Shown here piece after piece: positions 37,157-46,698 of a stretch of DNA of 64,000 nucleotides. Source of the DNA: a bacterium (GTDB taxonomy: Bacteria; UBA8248). The notes under the pieces were generated by a model. The model was not told the origin of the DNA and did not search any database. It was given only the letters and a program-made list of their open reading frames with translations. The stretch is taken from positions 707,735-771,734 of the forward strand of contig CBDCRP010000003.1 of NCBI GenBank assembly GCA_965221165.1, read 5' to 3'. How positions within the stretch are numbered: the stretch's first letter is position 1; every line of letters starts with the position of its first letter. Position numbers and translations under genes: made by a program.

Positions 37157-39898
37157 GTGCCCATGTTTGTTTGCGCTCCAGAAATGTGGCGTCATTTCAT
37201 CTCCGGTCTCCTCGGTCCAACCAAGAGGCAAGGCATGAGCGCGCGGGCGCCGATGGGCGCACTCGCCCTGGCGCTGGCCGCCGCGCTCGTTCTCGGCGCG
37301 GGTGAAGCGCAGGCCCAGACACCCGTGTGCAGCAATGCTCCCGAACCCGGGGAGCGGATAGAATGTACGGAGCCCGCCACTTCTATCGATGTTCCTATCA
37401 ACATCAACGTTCAAGACCTCACCATCGAGACGATGGACGCTGGCGCACACGGCATTCATGGCAAACATGAGGGCGAAGGCGCCATCTACATCGATGTCAC
37501 AGGAGGCGAGATCACGACGGAGAATTTGAATGCGCACGCCATCTATGGCTCGCATAGAGGCGCCGGCAACGTCGACATCTACGTGCAGGGCGCCGCCATC
37601 GAGACGATGGGCAGAACTGCCTACGGCATCCATGCCTATCATGCTGTCTCGCCAATCGTTGGCAACGTCGACATCTACGTGGAGAACACCACCATCGAGA
37701 CGATGGGCGCTAGCGCCTTTGGCGTCATCGGCTGGCACCAAGGCGACGGCAGAACCAACATCGACGTGAGGGACGCCACCATCACCACGGCGGGACGGAA
37801 TGCCTTCGGCGTCTATGGCCTTCACCAAGGCGACGTCACAACCAACATCGACGTGAGGGACACCACCATCACCGCGACGGGCGGGACAGCCCACGCGATC
37901 TTTGGCAGATCCCTAGGTACCGGCGACATCCACATCACAGCGAATGAGGTCGACATCACGACCGCTTCGAGCGGCGTCGTGGGCTTTGTTAATGACGACG
38001 GCGATATCACTATCGACGTTCTGGGCGGCTCCATCAAGACGACGGGTCGGCTTGGTTATGGCGTCTATGGCATCCATGCCACCGCGGGGATCACCGTAAG
38101 GATCGGCGACATCGACATCGACGTACTACGGGGCGCCACCATTGCCACGATGGGCGATAATGCCTACGGCATCTATGCCCATCATTATTTATTGCCAAGC
38201 GTTGGCGACATCGACATCAACGCTCGGGAGGGTAGCGCCATCACCACGACGGGCGCCGGCGCCCACGGCATCTATGCAGAGCATGATTCCGGCACGGGAG
38301 AGATCAGGATCGCCGTTCTCAATGGGGGCTCGGTCCACGCCGACGGGGCGGGCGCGAGCGGCGTCCGGGTGGGCAGCCTCAGCGCCCAGGGCGCCGTAGA
38401 GCGCGCCGCCGGGATGGACGAGGAGGGCTATCGCAGGCAGACGGTCACGGTGAACGGCCGGGTATGGGGAGGCACGGGCGAGGCGGCGGGCGTTTATCTC
38501 GCAGGCGGCGGGCGGGTCGTCATCGGCCCCCAAGGAAGCGTCGGCGCGGAATCCGGCATCGCGATTCTCGCTACGGGAGATACGCCGGGCGCCACCGAGC
38601 AGGATCCGCCCATCAAACCCAAGCTGTATCTCGCCCTGAATCCCGGCGGCCGCCGGTTGGCGGAAGTCATCGGCGACGACTATATCCTGAACGACGGGGG
38701 CGAAACCACCATCGTTCTCAACAACGTGAAGCTGCACGACGGCGCAACGGGCGCCACCGGTCTCACGGCCCCGAACGGGGCGTGGGACGTCACCATGCGG
38801 GCGGAGGGGAGCACGGTGGATCGCACGACGAACCCGGGGACGTTGACGCCGACCGAGCCGACCGCGGGGGTCATCGCCGATCGGGATTTCTCGGCAGGGG
38901 ACCTCGACGAGAAATACACACCACGGCCCATCCCCGCTTCGTCCGCGCCACAACCAGAACCGGAACCCGAGCCGCCGGTGGAACAGCTCACTTTCACCGA
39001 GGTCTACGCACCCCGCGCGGCTCTTTACGAGGCGCTTCCGGGGCTGCTGCTGCGGCTGAACGGAAGGGAACCGTTGGGGGGGAAACGTCTGGGGTTGCCC
39101 GGCCCGCCCGTTTGGGCGCGTCTCTCGGGAAGCAGGGGATCGTATGCGTCCGAGCGTTCGACTGTTGGTGCGGCGTATGACTTCAAACGCCTCATAGCGG
39201 AAGCGGGGCTGAACGTGTCGCTGGGCGAGAACCTCACCGGCTCGCTCTCGGCGCGCAGCGTTCAGAGTTCTGCGGACGTGGACTCACCAGTCGGCGGGGG
39301 GGAGATCGAGGCGAAGGGAATCGGTCTGGGGTTGGGGGTCTCCTGGCGCAGGGCGAGCGGTTATTACGTCGATGGTCGCTTCTCGCTGACGGACTACGAC
39401 GCGGAGGTTTCCTCCGACACGCGGGGGACTCTCGCGAGGGACGCCGACGCGCTCGCCCATTCGCTGGACGTCGAGGTGGGCAGGCGTTTCCAGATCAACG
39501 AGAAGATAAGTCTGACTCCCCGGGCGTGGCTGACGCGCTCGGCGATGGACGTCGATGCGTTCACCGACGCGGTGGACGCAAGGGTCTCGCTCGCAAAGGC
39601 TGTGAGGTTCACCGGCGGCCTGGGGGTGGTCACGGAGACCTTGCGCGTCTGGGAGGGCGGGGCGCTCTCCCTGCGCGGTTCCCTGGACATCGAGCAGACG
39701 CTGGACGACGCGGAGACGCTCGCCGACGTGTCGGGAACGAAGCTCGAATCGAAAGCCGCAAAGACCAAGCTCCTGCTCGGGCTGGGAGGCGTCTATCGCC
39801 GGGGCCGCTTCTCGATAAGCGGCGAGGTCTCGATGGGCGGCCTGGGTTCGGATGAGGCGCAATACGCGGGGCAGGTGACCATCGGGATGAGGTTCTAG
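37157..39898 (+). CDS. autotransporter (type Va) outer-membrane protein with a repetitive beta-helix passenger
   Basis: AAGGAGG lies 5 nt before GTG 37157; an alternative start is ATG 37235, just before the signal peptide ALALALAAALVLGAGEAQA. The passenger has about a dozen 29-32-aa rungs (..G..A.GI.G.H.G.G...IDV....I.T.G..). A PEPEPEP linker follows, and the C-terminal beta-barrel ends in GMRF. Confidence 0.9.
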   Translation: MPMFVCAPEMWRHFISGLLGPTKRQGMSARAPMGALALALAAALVLGAGEAQAQTPVCSNAPEPGERIECTEPATSIDVPININVQDLTIETMDAGAHGIHGKHEGEGAIYIDVTGGEITTENLNAHAIYGSHRGAGNVDIYVQGAAIETMGRTAYGIHAYHAVSPIVGNVDIYVENTTIETMGASAFGVIGWHQGDGRTNIDVRDATITTAGRNAFGVYGLHQGDVTTNIDVRDTTITATGGTAHAIFGRSLGTGDIHITANEVDITTASSGVVGFVNDDGDITIDVLGGSIKTTGRLGYGVYGIHATAGITVRIGDIDIDVLRGATIATMGDNAYGIYAHHYLLPSVGDIDINAREGSAITTTGAGAHGIYAEHDSGTGEIRIAVLNGGSVHADGAGASGVRVGSLSAQGAVERAAGMDEEGYRRQTVTVNGRVWGGTGEAAGVYLAGGGRVVIGPQGSVGAESGIAILATGDTPGATEQDPPIKPKLYLALNPGGRRLAEVIGDDYILNDGGETTIVLNNVKLHDGATGATGLTAPNGAWDVTMRAEGSTVDRTTNPGTLTPTEPTAGVIADRDFSAGDLDEKYTPRPIPASSAPQPEPEPEPPVEQLTFTEVYAPRAALYEALPGLLLRLNGREPLGGKRLGLPGPPVWARLSGSRGSYASERSTVGAAYDFKRLIAEAGLNVSLGENLTGSLSARSVQSSADVDSPVGGGEIEAKGIGLGLGVSWRRASGYYVDGRFSLTDYDAEVSSDTRGTLARDADALAHSLDVEVGRRFQINEKISLTPRAWLTRSAMDVDAFTDAVDARVSLAKAVRFTGGLGVVTETLRVWEGGALSLRGSLDIEQTLDDAETLADVSGTKLESKAAKTKLLLGLGGVYRRGRFSISGEVSMGGLGSDEAQYAGQVTIGMRF

Positions 39899-39929
39899 GG
39901 CGAACGGTTTGGCGGGGACAGGCCCTTCC

Positions 39930-40179
39930 CGGGGCCGTCCCACAGGTCGCGACATATCCCTGCCGCCGCTCCTATCGGGAGTCCGCGCATCACCAGGGAG
40001 AACACACGGGTTCTCTCCTACGAAACCATCGCAAACCCTCCCGCATTGGTCGCAATCCCTCCTCCCGTAGGGGACGGAACCCCTCCTCGGGGCCGTCCCA
40101 CGCATACATGCGACCTGTGTTCTCCAGCGAAAGGCCGGGCCGCATATATGGGTGGCGGACATATATGTCCGACCTACAG
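39930..40179. repeat. cluster of GC-rich hairpin repeats shared with 57.1-57.4 kb
   Basis: The segment 39930..39954 (CGGGGCCGTCCCACAGGTCGCGAC) recurs at 57121..57145 with 24/25 matches. The segment 40137..40179 recurs at 57376..57417 with 2 mismatches and contains the perfect palindrome GGACATATATGTCC. Confidence 0.85.
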
Positions 40180-40441
40180 TTAGAATCCCTCCCCCCTCGG
40201 TCGCGCACAATTCCTCCCTTCCCGGTCGGGTGAATCCCTCCCGCTTTGGTCGGAATTGATCCGCATTTGCGCGTATCGCGCACGGGTCGAGATTCTCTAT
40301 ACTTGCGCGCAAGGCGCGCCGCCGTGGCCGATCCTGCGCCTTGCGGGCGGGGGCGCTTTCAAGAGAGCATGAGAGTAGACGTGAGCGGGCGTCGCGAGGG
40401 GAATTGCGGGCGAATTCCGCGCGCTAAAAGGCTCTCGATAA

Positions 40442-40540
40442 TATGTGAAAAATGGTGAAAAAAGGTGAAAATATCTGAAAATTTATCTTATTGATATATA
40501 TGGGGTTATGCGGAATTTTCCCCTTTATGGGTGTGAGGGG
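40442..40540 (+). repeat. phased A-tract element, left copy (inverted partner at 54478..54603)
   Basis: (G/C)TGAAAA occurs at 40445, 40455, 40465 and 40475, exactly 10-bp phased. This is followed by TTTATCTTATTGATATATA, TTATGCGGAATTTTCCCCTTTATGGG, and a G-run. Confidence 0.8.
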
Positions 40541-40545
40541 GGGGT

Positions 40546-41421
40546 CTACGCGTTGATGGAGCAAAGCAGCGCGTGGACCGCGGCGTTCAGAGGTGTGGGG
40601 ATTCGGTGCCTGGCGCCCAGCCGAACGACCGCTCCCGTCATGACGTCCGCCTCGATGCGGCGCCCGGCTCTTCTGTCCACCAGCATGGAGGTGGTCGCTT
40701 CAGGGTCCGCATCCTGTAAGCGCTCGATTGTTCGCTCGGCGACGTCAACCGCCAGTTCCGCGCCCTCCGCCCTGCCTACAGAGGCGCATTCGCGCACGAG
40801 TCCCCGGCAAAGTTCGGCAACGTCCGGATCGAGCAACACGCCTCTGCCCTTATCGGTCAGCGCGGTGGCTGGCCCGGCGCCGATATTGTTGCACAATTTC
40901 GCCCAGGAGACGGTCGTAAAATCGGAAGTCGGCTTTACGGGCACGTCCGTGCCCTCGTAAAGGGAGGCGAGAAGCCGTCCACCCCGGCCCTCTTCGGGAA
41001 CAAGCCCGGCGCCTCCTTGCTGCGCCACACGGCCGGGAGCCAGCCTGTCCGCCGGGCAGTTCACCACGACAGGAACGACCTCAGCCCCTCTGGAGTATGG
41101 CTCCACCCGTTCTTTGTGCTCCACGCCATTTTGCAAAACGGCGATGATGGTGTCGTCTCCCACGAGAGCTTCCAGCCAATGTGCAACACCTTGCACCTGG
41201 TGCCCTTTCACCGCCAAGATGACGCAGTCGACGGGACCTGCTTCGGAGGGATCGGTGACGCACTCCACTTGTGATTCGATAACGGAATCCTGCATTTCCA
41301 CAACGAGCTTGTCGATAGGCTTTCGTACACAGAGCGTAACGTCGTGCTTATTCGATTGACACAACCGAACCCCGAACACCCCACCAATGGCGCCAACCCC
41401 CAACACGGCTACCCTACTCAT
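40546..41421 (-). CDS. 2-dehydropantoate 2-reductase (PanE/ApbA family)
   Basis: 291 aa with the N-terminal Rossmann VAVLGVGAIGGVFG. The segment ...WAKL..N...N...AL.. and the C-terminal P.N....L pattern match the ketopantoate reductase family. Confidence 0.8.
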   Translation of the reverse strand: MSRVAVLGVGAIGGVFGVRLCQSNKHDVTLCVRKPIDKLVVEMQDSVIESQVECVTDPSEAGPVDCVILAVKGHQVQGVAHWLEALVGDDTIIAVLQNGVEHKERVEPYSRGAEVVPVVVNCPADRLAPGRVAQQGGAGLVPEEGRGGRLLASLYEGTDVPVKPTSDFTTVSWAKLCNNIGAGPATALTDKGRGVLLDPDVAELCRGLVRECASVGRAEGAELAVDVAERTIERLQDADPEATTSMLVDRRAGRRIEADVMTGAVVRLGARHRIPTPLNAAVHALLCSINA

Positions 41422-41441
41422 CCATCACGCTCCAGGAAATT

Positions 41442-42386
41442 TCATACCAAAACACGATGGCCCTTCCATGAGGCCACAGATACGAAAACACACACGATGC
41501 CGGCCAGAGAATCCCAACCCGAGGTATGTCCTATTTTATCCAGCGCACGCAAAGCGGAATCCAAACGTGCTTCATCCGCCATACCCATCGCCGAAATCAT
41601 TTCATGCAAAGCCTGCGCACCCTGTCCCCTGGCCGCACACTCCAAATGCGCACAACTAATTTTATTCGTTCGCTCTGCGGCCTGATTCAATATGACGCTG
41701 GATACCTTCCTTAAAACATCGAAATATCCCAGTGCATACAACGCTATCATCACACCACACCAAAAATCATCTCCGGATGGCGTGAGTCCCGGGCCGAGGC
41801 CAACGAGCTTGTGATTGATGGAAGAAAATTCCAGGCTCTTCTCCCCATTGAGAGTACCTGAGAGCCAATTTCTAAAATCGGCAATCTCCTTCCAGGAAGT
41901 TTCTTGAAAAAAATCCTCACCTGAGACTTCCTCGCCGCTCACAATGTACGGGATAAGCGGGGCCAGACCCTCTCGAGGCCCTCTTTTTACTATCCTCTCA
42001 ACGGGAACTGAGAGGCTACGCCGAACATACCCAAAATCCCAGGCAACGGGCAGTGGCTCCGGTTTCCATTCTTCCCGCTGGGAAGTATCGATTCCCATGC
42101 TCGGACCGAACTGGATAAAACCATTTTGGATTGTGGCTCTACCTTTGGCGGCTATTTTCTTTCTTAAATCCATACCATCCGGGAATTCACAAAGCGCATT
42201 CAACGGTCCGGGCCCAATGCTCCATGCCCCGATGCACGCGAACTGCCCCGATGTATTTTCAACATACAAACTTCTGCGAAACACGCTGATTATTTTCGCT
42301 TCGCCCTGTAAGGCAAGAAATTCTTGAACAAATGCACCCACAAGAACCACTCGGAATGCATTCGGCATTATATGGGCTGGCATCAT
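41442..42386 (-). CDS. DUF2877 (AllH/YlbE-like) domain protein
   Basis: The motifs LVGLGPGLTPSGDDFWCG and GHTSGWDSLAG are the characteristic DUF2877 motifs as I remember them. Confidence 0.65.
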   Translation of the reverse strand: MMPAHIMPNAFRVVLVGAFVQEFLALQGEAKIISVFRRSLYVENTSGQFACIGAWSIGPGPLNALCEFPDGMDLRKKIAAKGRATIQNGFIQFGPSMGIDTSQREEWKPEPLPVAWDFGYVRRSLSVPVERIVKRGPREGLAPLIPYIVSGEEVSGEDFFQETSWKEIADFRNWLSGTLNGEKSLEFSSINHKLVGLGPGLTPSGDDFWCGVMIALYALGYFDVLRKVSSVILNQAAERTNKISCAHLECAARGQGAQALHEMISAMGMADEARLDSALRALDKIGHTSGWDSLAGIVCVFVSVASWKGHRVLV

Positions 42387-42410
42387 AAAATGATCATTTC
42401 ATCTCGCAAA

Positions 42411-42450
42411 GAAAATCCCCTCACCCTTTCGTGAGTGAGGGGATTTTTTC
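42411..42450. terminator. bidirectional intrinsic terminator closing the AAA_5 module
   Basis: AATCCCCTCAC (42414..42424) pairs with GTGAGGGGATT (42435..42445). T-runs follow on both strands (+ TTTTTC; minus TTTTCTTT). Confidence 0.7.
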
Positions 42451-42461
42451 ATTCACGATAC

Positions 42462-42797
42462 TTATGCACATCCAGGTCCTCTAACCTCACTCGCAGCAGC
42501 ACCAGATGGTACAAGCGTCTCGGCAAAGTTTGGATCGGCTTGTTGTTTCTCGACCAGTTGGCCTATTTGCGAGAGTAACATCTCACGTTTCATCAATCCC
42601 AAACGATAGATGCCCATCGGATTTACAAGTTTCATATAGTAATGGTTTCCAGGGTCATACTCCGCAGAGCAAGCAGAGGGTTTTTGGGCGATAGAGAGGG
42701 CATAGCTAAAAACATCCGCAAATTGAGCCAGCACTTCCTCATCATGTAAGTCTTCGGGTATTTCGGGAAATCTGGCCAAGAGTTCCTGGACGTTCAT
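42462..42797 (-). CDS. hypothetical protein (111 aa), no family recognised
   Basis: AAGGAG lies 8 nt upstream of the ATG. The composition looks coding. It is the last gene before the terminator. Confidence 0.55.
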   Translation of the reverse strand: MNVQELLARFPEIPEDLHDEEVLAQFADVFSYALSIAQKPSACSAEYDPGNHYYMKLVNPMGIYRLGLMKREMLLSQIGQLVEKQQADPNFAETLVPSGAAASEVRGPGCA

Positions 42798-42932
42798 CGT
42801 TAAAACTCCTTAAAGGGATGACTTATCTCAAGCGGAACGATTCATTAAGCTTATCATATATTGAACTGACTAGCTCTTTACCTCCCTGCTTTTCCAAGGT
42901 CGAAAAGGATGAACCCAATAAAAGTGTGAGGA

Positions 42933-44906
42933 TTACATTTCTCTGATGAACCTCGCAGCATAGCTTCTAATATTTTTTCCGTTGAGAACATGAAAACGAC
43001 GAACGCGGGCGATGGTTTCTCCAGAAAATCGACCAATGGGGATGTGAATTAAATGCTTTTTATATAAACGTGCGAACTGGCGCCAGCGTGTCTTGGGTGG
43101 GTGCGGGCTCACCAGAGCGATGAACCGTTCTTTCGAATGAAAACATGCTCCTGCAATCAATCGTTCGTCCAATGTCTGTGTGTAGTGAAATCGTGAATCC
43201 CGCCAGACATCCTCGATATATCGGGGAGGAAAAACAAAAAACGCCCCGCCATATTGTGATTCCGCGATCCCCGGACCCACCAAATTATCCTCAAACGGGG
43301 TAGCATACATACAGAGCGTTGATTCTTCACTATGTTCCGCATACCACATCGTACGCCAAGAATACTTCTCGGCATCCGCGGGCGTATCGAACAAAAAAAC
43401 GACAACCTCCAAATTCCCTCGTGCCGGGGGAATTTCTTTTACGTACAGGTCGCCCGTATGCCAGTTGCGGAGCGTTTTCCGCATATCAAGACCATCTTTT
43501 ATCGATGTCGTGAATTTTTCAGTACGGGCCAAATCCTCTCCCAATAGTGCCTTGGCCTGCTCGCGCACATGGGTATGAAAACTCTCTATCGCCTCATCTT
43601 CTGGCGGCCAGGAACACATACCGAAAGGATTCCACCTCTGGGCCCATTCCTGTCTTTCAAACGGAGTGGGTCTAGGTTTGAGGGAAATACGCCTCCAAAT
43701 AGCGGCAGAGCCACCCAACCGACTCTTGATCGTTCCGACGCCTATATCAGGGAATACCGCACGGATCATACCTACATGGACTAAATCACTTTCACTGGCT
43801 GAAGAGGTTTCACGCTGATACGGATATTTCCGCGCGGTCTCTAATAGTGCCAGAGCAAAAGCATCGCCTGCGGTCTGCTTAGCGGCAAGAGTGAGGGTAA
43901 ACAAATCCGGCGTCAATCTTCTCGCTTGAAGCGTCAAATTCCGGACGTATTGCAAGAAAACCTGAAGCCTTTGAGGCGTCACCCAGTTTTGCACGGGTCG
44001 ATGTTCTCTTAACCATGCCGTTCTCGCCTCCAATAGGAGTTCCTTGACACCGTCGATAGATAAATTGAAGTCACCAATGAATTCTTCGCGTTTTTTTTCG
44101 TATAAATAAGTCAGATAGGGAAACTCCCCCAAGAAAAAGGCCAAAGTACCTTCCGATACTCTATACCTTTGGGGCCGGTTGAGGGATATGTCTAAACGGG
44201 GCCCAAACAATTTTTTGTCACCAGACGGACCTTCTCGACAGGCTGAGTGAATCCAGGGCCAATCCATCGCAGAACACACGAAAACGATGCGCTTGTATCT
44301 CGCCTCGAGTTCGAGCAAGGCATCGGCCATCCAGCGGATTCTCGCAGCACGCTGTGATGAAGGAGGAGGCTTGGGTGCTACCGTCAAAAGAGACGCAGCA
44401 AAGGCTTCCATCGGTACTTTTTTGAGTACATAAGGATCTGGCAACACATGAACATCCTCATGAAATCGTTCCACTTCTAAATCTACAAAAAATCTGGGGA
44501 TACGTTCTCCCATTGCTACCCTGAGAGCTGAGATCACCGGCTGACAAGGATCAATCGGCACATAGTTATGGGAAGGCAAAACTGATTTATCCGCCATAAA
44601 CTCTTCTTGAGCGTTCAAATCATCCTCTGACTGTGGGTATTCATCCCATGACTCATCAAATTCCGCTTCACCTCCTTCAAAATATGATTGGGCATCCTCA
44701 TTCATCGACACCATGGAGACATATGGAAGGTTCTCAACACCTGCTTCTACCTCATCTTGAAAAGATGGCGGCAGAGGAACCGCAACGCAGTCAGGTTCAA
44801 ATTTCAAAATCCTATCCCGCACTTCGACGGCAAAGTCTCCCGACCCATGGATGACGGGAAGTACACTGATCCGATTGGTGATGCCCAGAAAATCTTGCGC
44901 GGCCAT
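42933..44906 (-). CDS. uncharacterised 657-aa protein with a TraB/ChaN-like N-terminal region (possibly DUF5682-like)
   Basis: The N-terminal region contains VLPVIHGSGDFAVEVRDRILKFEPDCVAVPLP and RAARIRWMADALLELEARYKRIVFVCS, split by an acidic insert (EDAQSYFEGGEAEFDESWDEYPQSEDD). The start lies 2 nt after the ATPase stop. Confidence 0.7.
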   Translation of the reverse strand: MAAQDFLGITNRISVLPVIHGSGDFAVEVRDRILKFEPDCVAVPLPPSFQDEVEAGVENLPYVSMVSMNEDAQSYFEGGEAEFDESWDEYPQSEDDLNAQEEFMADKSVLPSHNYVPIDPCQPVISALRVAMGERIPRFFVDLEVERFHEDVHVLPDPYVLKKVPMEAFAASLLTVAPKPPPSSQRAARIRWMADALLELEARYKRIVFVCSAMDWPWIHSACREGPSGDKKLFGPRLDISLNRPQRYRVSEGTLAFFLGEFPYLTYLYEKKREEFIGDFNLSIDGVKELLLEARTAWLREHRPVQNWVTPQRLQVFLQYVRNLTLQARRLTPDLFTLTLAAKQTAGDAFALALLETARKYPYQRETSSASESDLVHVGMIRAVFPDIGVGTIKSRLGGSAAIWRRISLKPRPTPFERQEWAQRWNPFGMCSWPPEDEAIESFHTHVREQAKALLGEDLARTEKFTTSIKDGLDMRKTLRNWHTGDLYVKEIPPARGNLEVVVFLFDTPADAEKYSWRTMWYAEHSEESTLCMYATPFEDNLVGPGIAESQYGGAFFVFPPRYIEDVWRDSRFHYTQTLDERLIAGACFHSKERFIALVSPHPPKTRWRQFARLYKKHLIHIPIGRFSGETIARVRRFHVLNGKNIRSYAARFIREM

Positions 44907-44908
44907 AA

Positions 44909-45883
44909 CTAATCGTCTTGTTGGGGGTGCAATGGGCTATCGTCACCAAAGAAAAGATCGCCGAAATCAAGTGGTGGTGGCTCATCGCCGAGGGCTTGTT
45001 GTCTTCTACGCGCCAGATCTTTCAAGTCCAACGCATCATCTCCTAAAACCTTGGTGAGCGACTCTCTCCACGCTTCGTCTTGAGCAAGTGGATGATCTGA
45101 GTCCTGCGCGAGACGTTTAAGCGCGAATTGAAGGATATGGATTCCATCCCGAGGGGAATATTCAAGGTCCAGTTCATGGGCTTCCTGTAAAAACTCCACT
45201 GTCAGGGCCAACATCTCATTGGGAGCAAACGGCAAGTGATACTTGAGGATAGCCAGTTCATCATTTTTGTTTGGAAATTCAAGCCCTAAAGTGGGTTGCA
45301 GTCTCGAGAGAATATAATCGGGCACCTCGTACGTTGAAGCATCTTCGTTCATGGTCACGCAACAGCGAAAATCTGGGTGTGCCTTCACCGTTGCACCCGC
45401 TACGATGGACTCCACATAACGGCGATGATCGAGCAATGGTGCCAGTGAGGCCCAACTTTTTTCGCTCATCCGATTTCCTTCATCCAGCACACAGACCCCT
45501 CCCCTTATCATCGCTGTAACAAGAGGCGATGCGTGATAGATAATTTTTCCTGATTCCGCCAACACGGGTGTGATCAAGAGATCCTCAGGACGCGTATCAG
45601 AAGTGCACTGAAAAATATAAAGCTCTTGGTTTCTCTCCCGCGCCGCCGCCATCGCCAGTGTTGTTTTCCCGATTCCCGGAGGACCAATAATTCGCGGAGA
45701 GAGAGAAAAATCCTCTTCCGCGACAACCAGCCAGCAGGCGTGAAGCTGGCGCAGAACCTCTATCTGGCCGATCCATTCCTGATCAGCATCGATGTGTCTG
45801 CTCAGGTGTAGGAATACCCCTTCAATTTCCACCAACCCCACCCCTAATTTTTCATTGACTGATGTCTTCTCATGCACAATCAA
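44909..45883 (-). CDS. AAA+ ATPase, AAA_5 (MoxR/CbbQ/NorQ-like) type
   Basis: Walker A GPPGIGKT and Walker [10 protein letters not shown], followed by TMNED. It appears to start at TTG 45883 or, with the better RBS (AGGAG 6 nt upstream), at GTG 45877. Confidence 0.85.
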   Translation of the reverse strand: MIVHEKTSVNEKLGVGLVEIEGVFLHLSRHIDADQEWIGQIEVLRQLHACWLVVAEEDFSLSPRIIGPPGIGKTTLAMAAARERNQELYIFQCTSDTRPEDLLITPVLAESGKIIYHASPLVTAMIRGGVCVLDEGNRMSEKSWASLAPLLDHRRYVESIVAGATVKAHPDFRCCVTMNEDASTYEVPDYILSRLQPTLGLEFPNKNDELAILKYHLPFAPNEMLALTVEFLQEAHELDLEYSPRDGIHILQFALKRLAQDSDHPLAQDEAWRESLTKVLGDDALDLKDLARRRQQALGDEPPPLDFGDLFFGDDSPLHPQQDD

Positions 45884-45951
45884 CTCCTACGTCCAAAATC
45901 CCACCGTAAAAGATAATGACATCTCGCTCTTATCATTCGGGAATATCTTCT

Positions 45952-46698
45952 TTAATCGGTAAAATACCCTCCGTTTACATCCAGTGCTTCACCAGTGATA
46001 TGCGCAGCGTCCTCACTAGCGAGAAATAGAGTGGCTGGAACCAATTCCGAGGCCATAGCAAACCTTCCCATTGGATGTTTCGCCAGTGCTTTGTTGTATA
46101 AATCCGGGCCGAATTCCCGCATTAAAGGCCCATCAATCGGCCCGGGAACTAAGCAGTTCACGGTCACTTTCGTTTTCGCTAATTCGCGAGCGAGGTTGAA
46201 CGTCATGGCTAAAATACCACCTTTTGAAGCCGCATATGTGAGATTATAGCCCAGCCCCCCTGATTTCCCAGCCCCAGAACCATATAGAATAATTCGCCCC
46301 GCCGGAGAATTCATGAGTGCGGGCATCGCCCCTTGAATGCAAAAATAAGGCGCTAAGAGATTCACGCGAAGCGCGCGCTTCCAATCAGACGCATCAAGCG
46401 AGAGCGGGGCTTTCACCAACATGTTCGCCGCTGTGTGAATGAAGACATCACATCCACCAAGCCATGCGATTGCTTCTTTGGTCATGGTCTTCACCTCATC
46501 AAAATTTTCCAAATCACAGGGTATCTTTTTCATCATCTCACGGGATCCTGAGATGAGGTGCAACTTTTCTGAATTTCGACCCGTGGCGACGAGTTTCGCC
46601 CCCGTATTCAGAAATCCCTCAACAAGCGCTTTGCCTACATCTCCCGTGGCCCCGGTCAGAATTACCCTTTTGCCCTGAAAATCAAAACGAAGCGCCAT
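45952..46698 (-). CDS. SDR family oxidoreductase
   Basis: I place the start at MALRFDFQGKRVILTGATGDVGKAL. Catalytic Y-x3-K is present (YAASK). Confidence 0.85.
   Translation of the reverse strand: MALRFDFQGKRVILTGATGDVGKALVEGFLNTGAKLVATGRNSEKLHLISGSREMMKKIPCDLENFDEVKTMTKEAIAWLGGCDVFIHTAANMLVKAPLSLDASDWKRALRVNLLAPYFCIQGAMPALMNSPAGRIILYGSGAGKSGGLGYNLTYAASKGGILAMTFNLARELAKTKVTVNCLVPGPIDGPLMREFGPDLYNKALAKHPMGRFAMASELVPATLFLASEDAAHITGEALDVNGGYFTD

Noticed and set aside
37139-37894. 251-aa minus-strand ORF with a striking periodic motif (DGGVPHVDVG...)
   Set aside because: The periodicity is the mirror image of the autotransporter passenger repeats on the + strand. It has no RBS or signal peptide, and the + strand gene is complete and convincing.
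40442-40540. Replication origin or plasmid iterons (10-bp-phased GTGAAAA units plus an AT-rich TTGATATATA)
   Set aside because: I found no DnaA-box consensus (TTATCCACA); the nearest match, TTATCTTAT, has three mismatches. No dnaA, dnaN or rep gene is adjacent, and the element exists in two inverted copies. I kept it as a curved-DNA repeat of unknown role.
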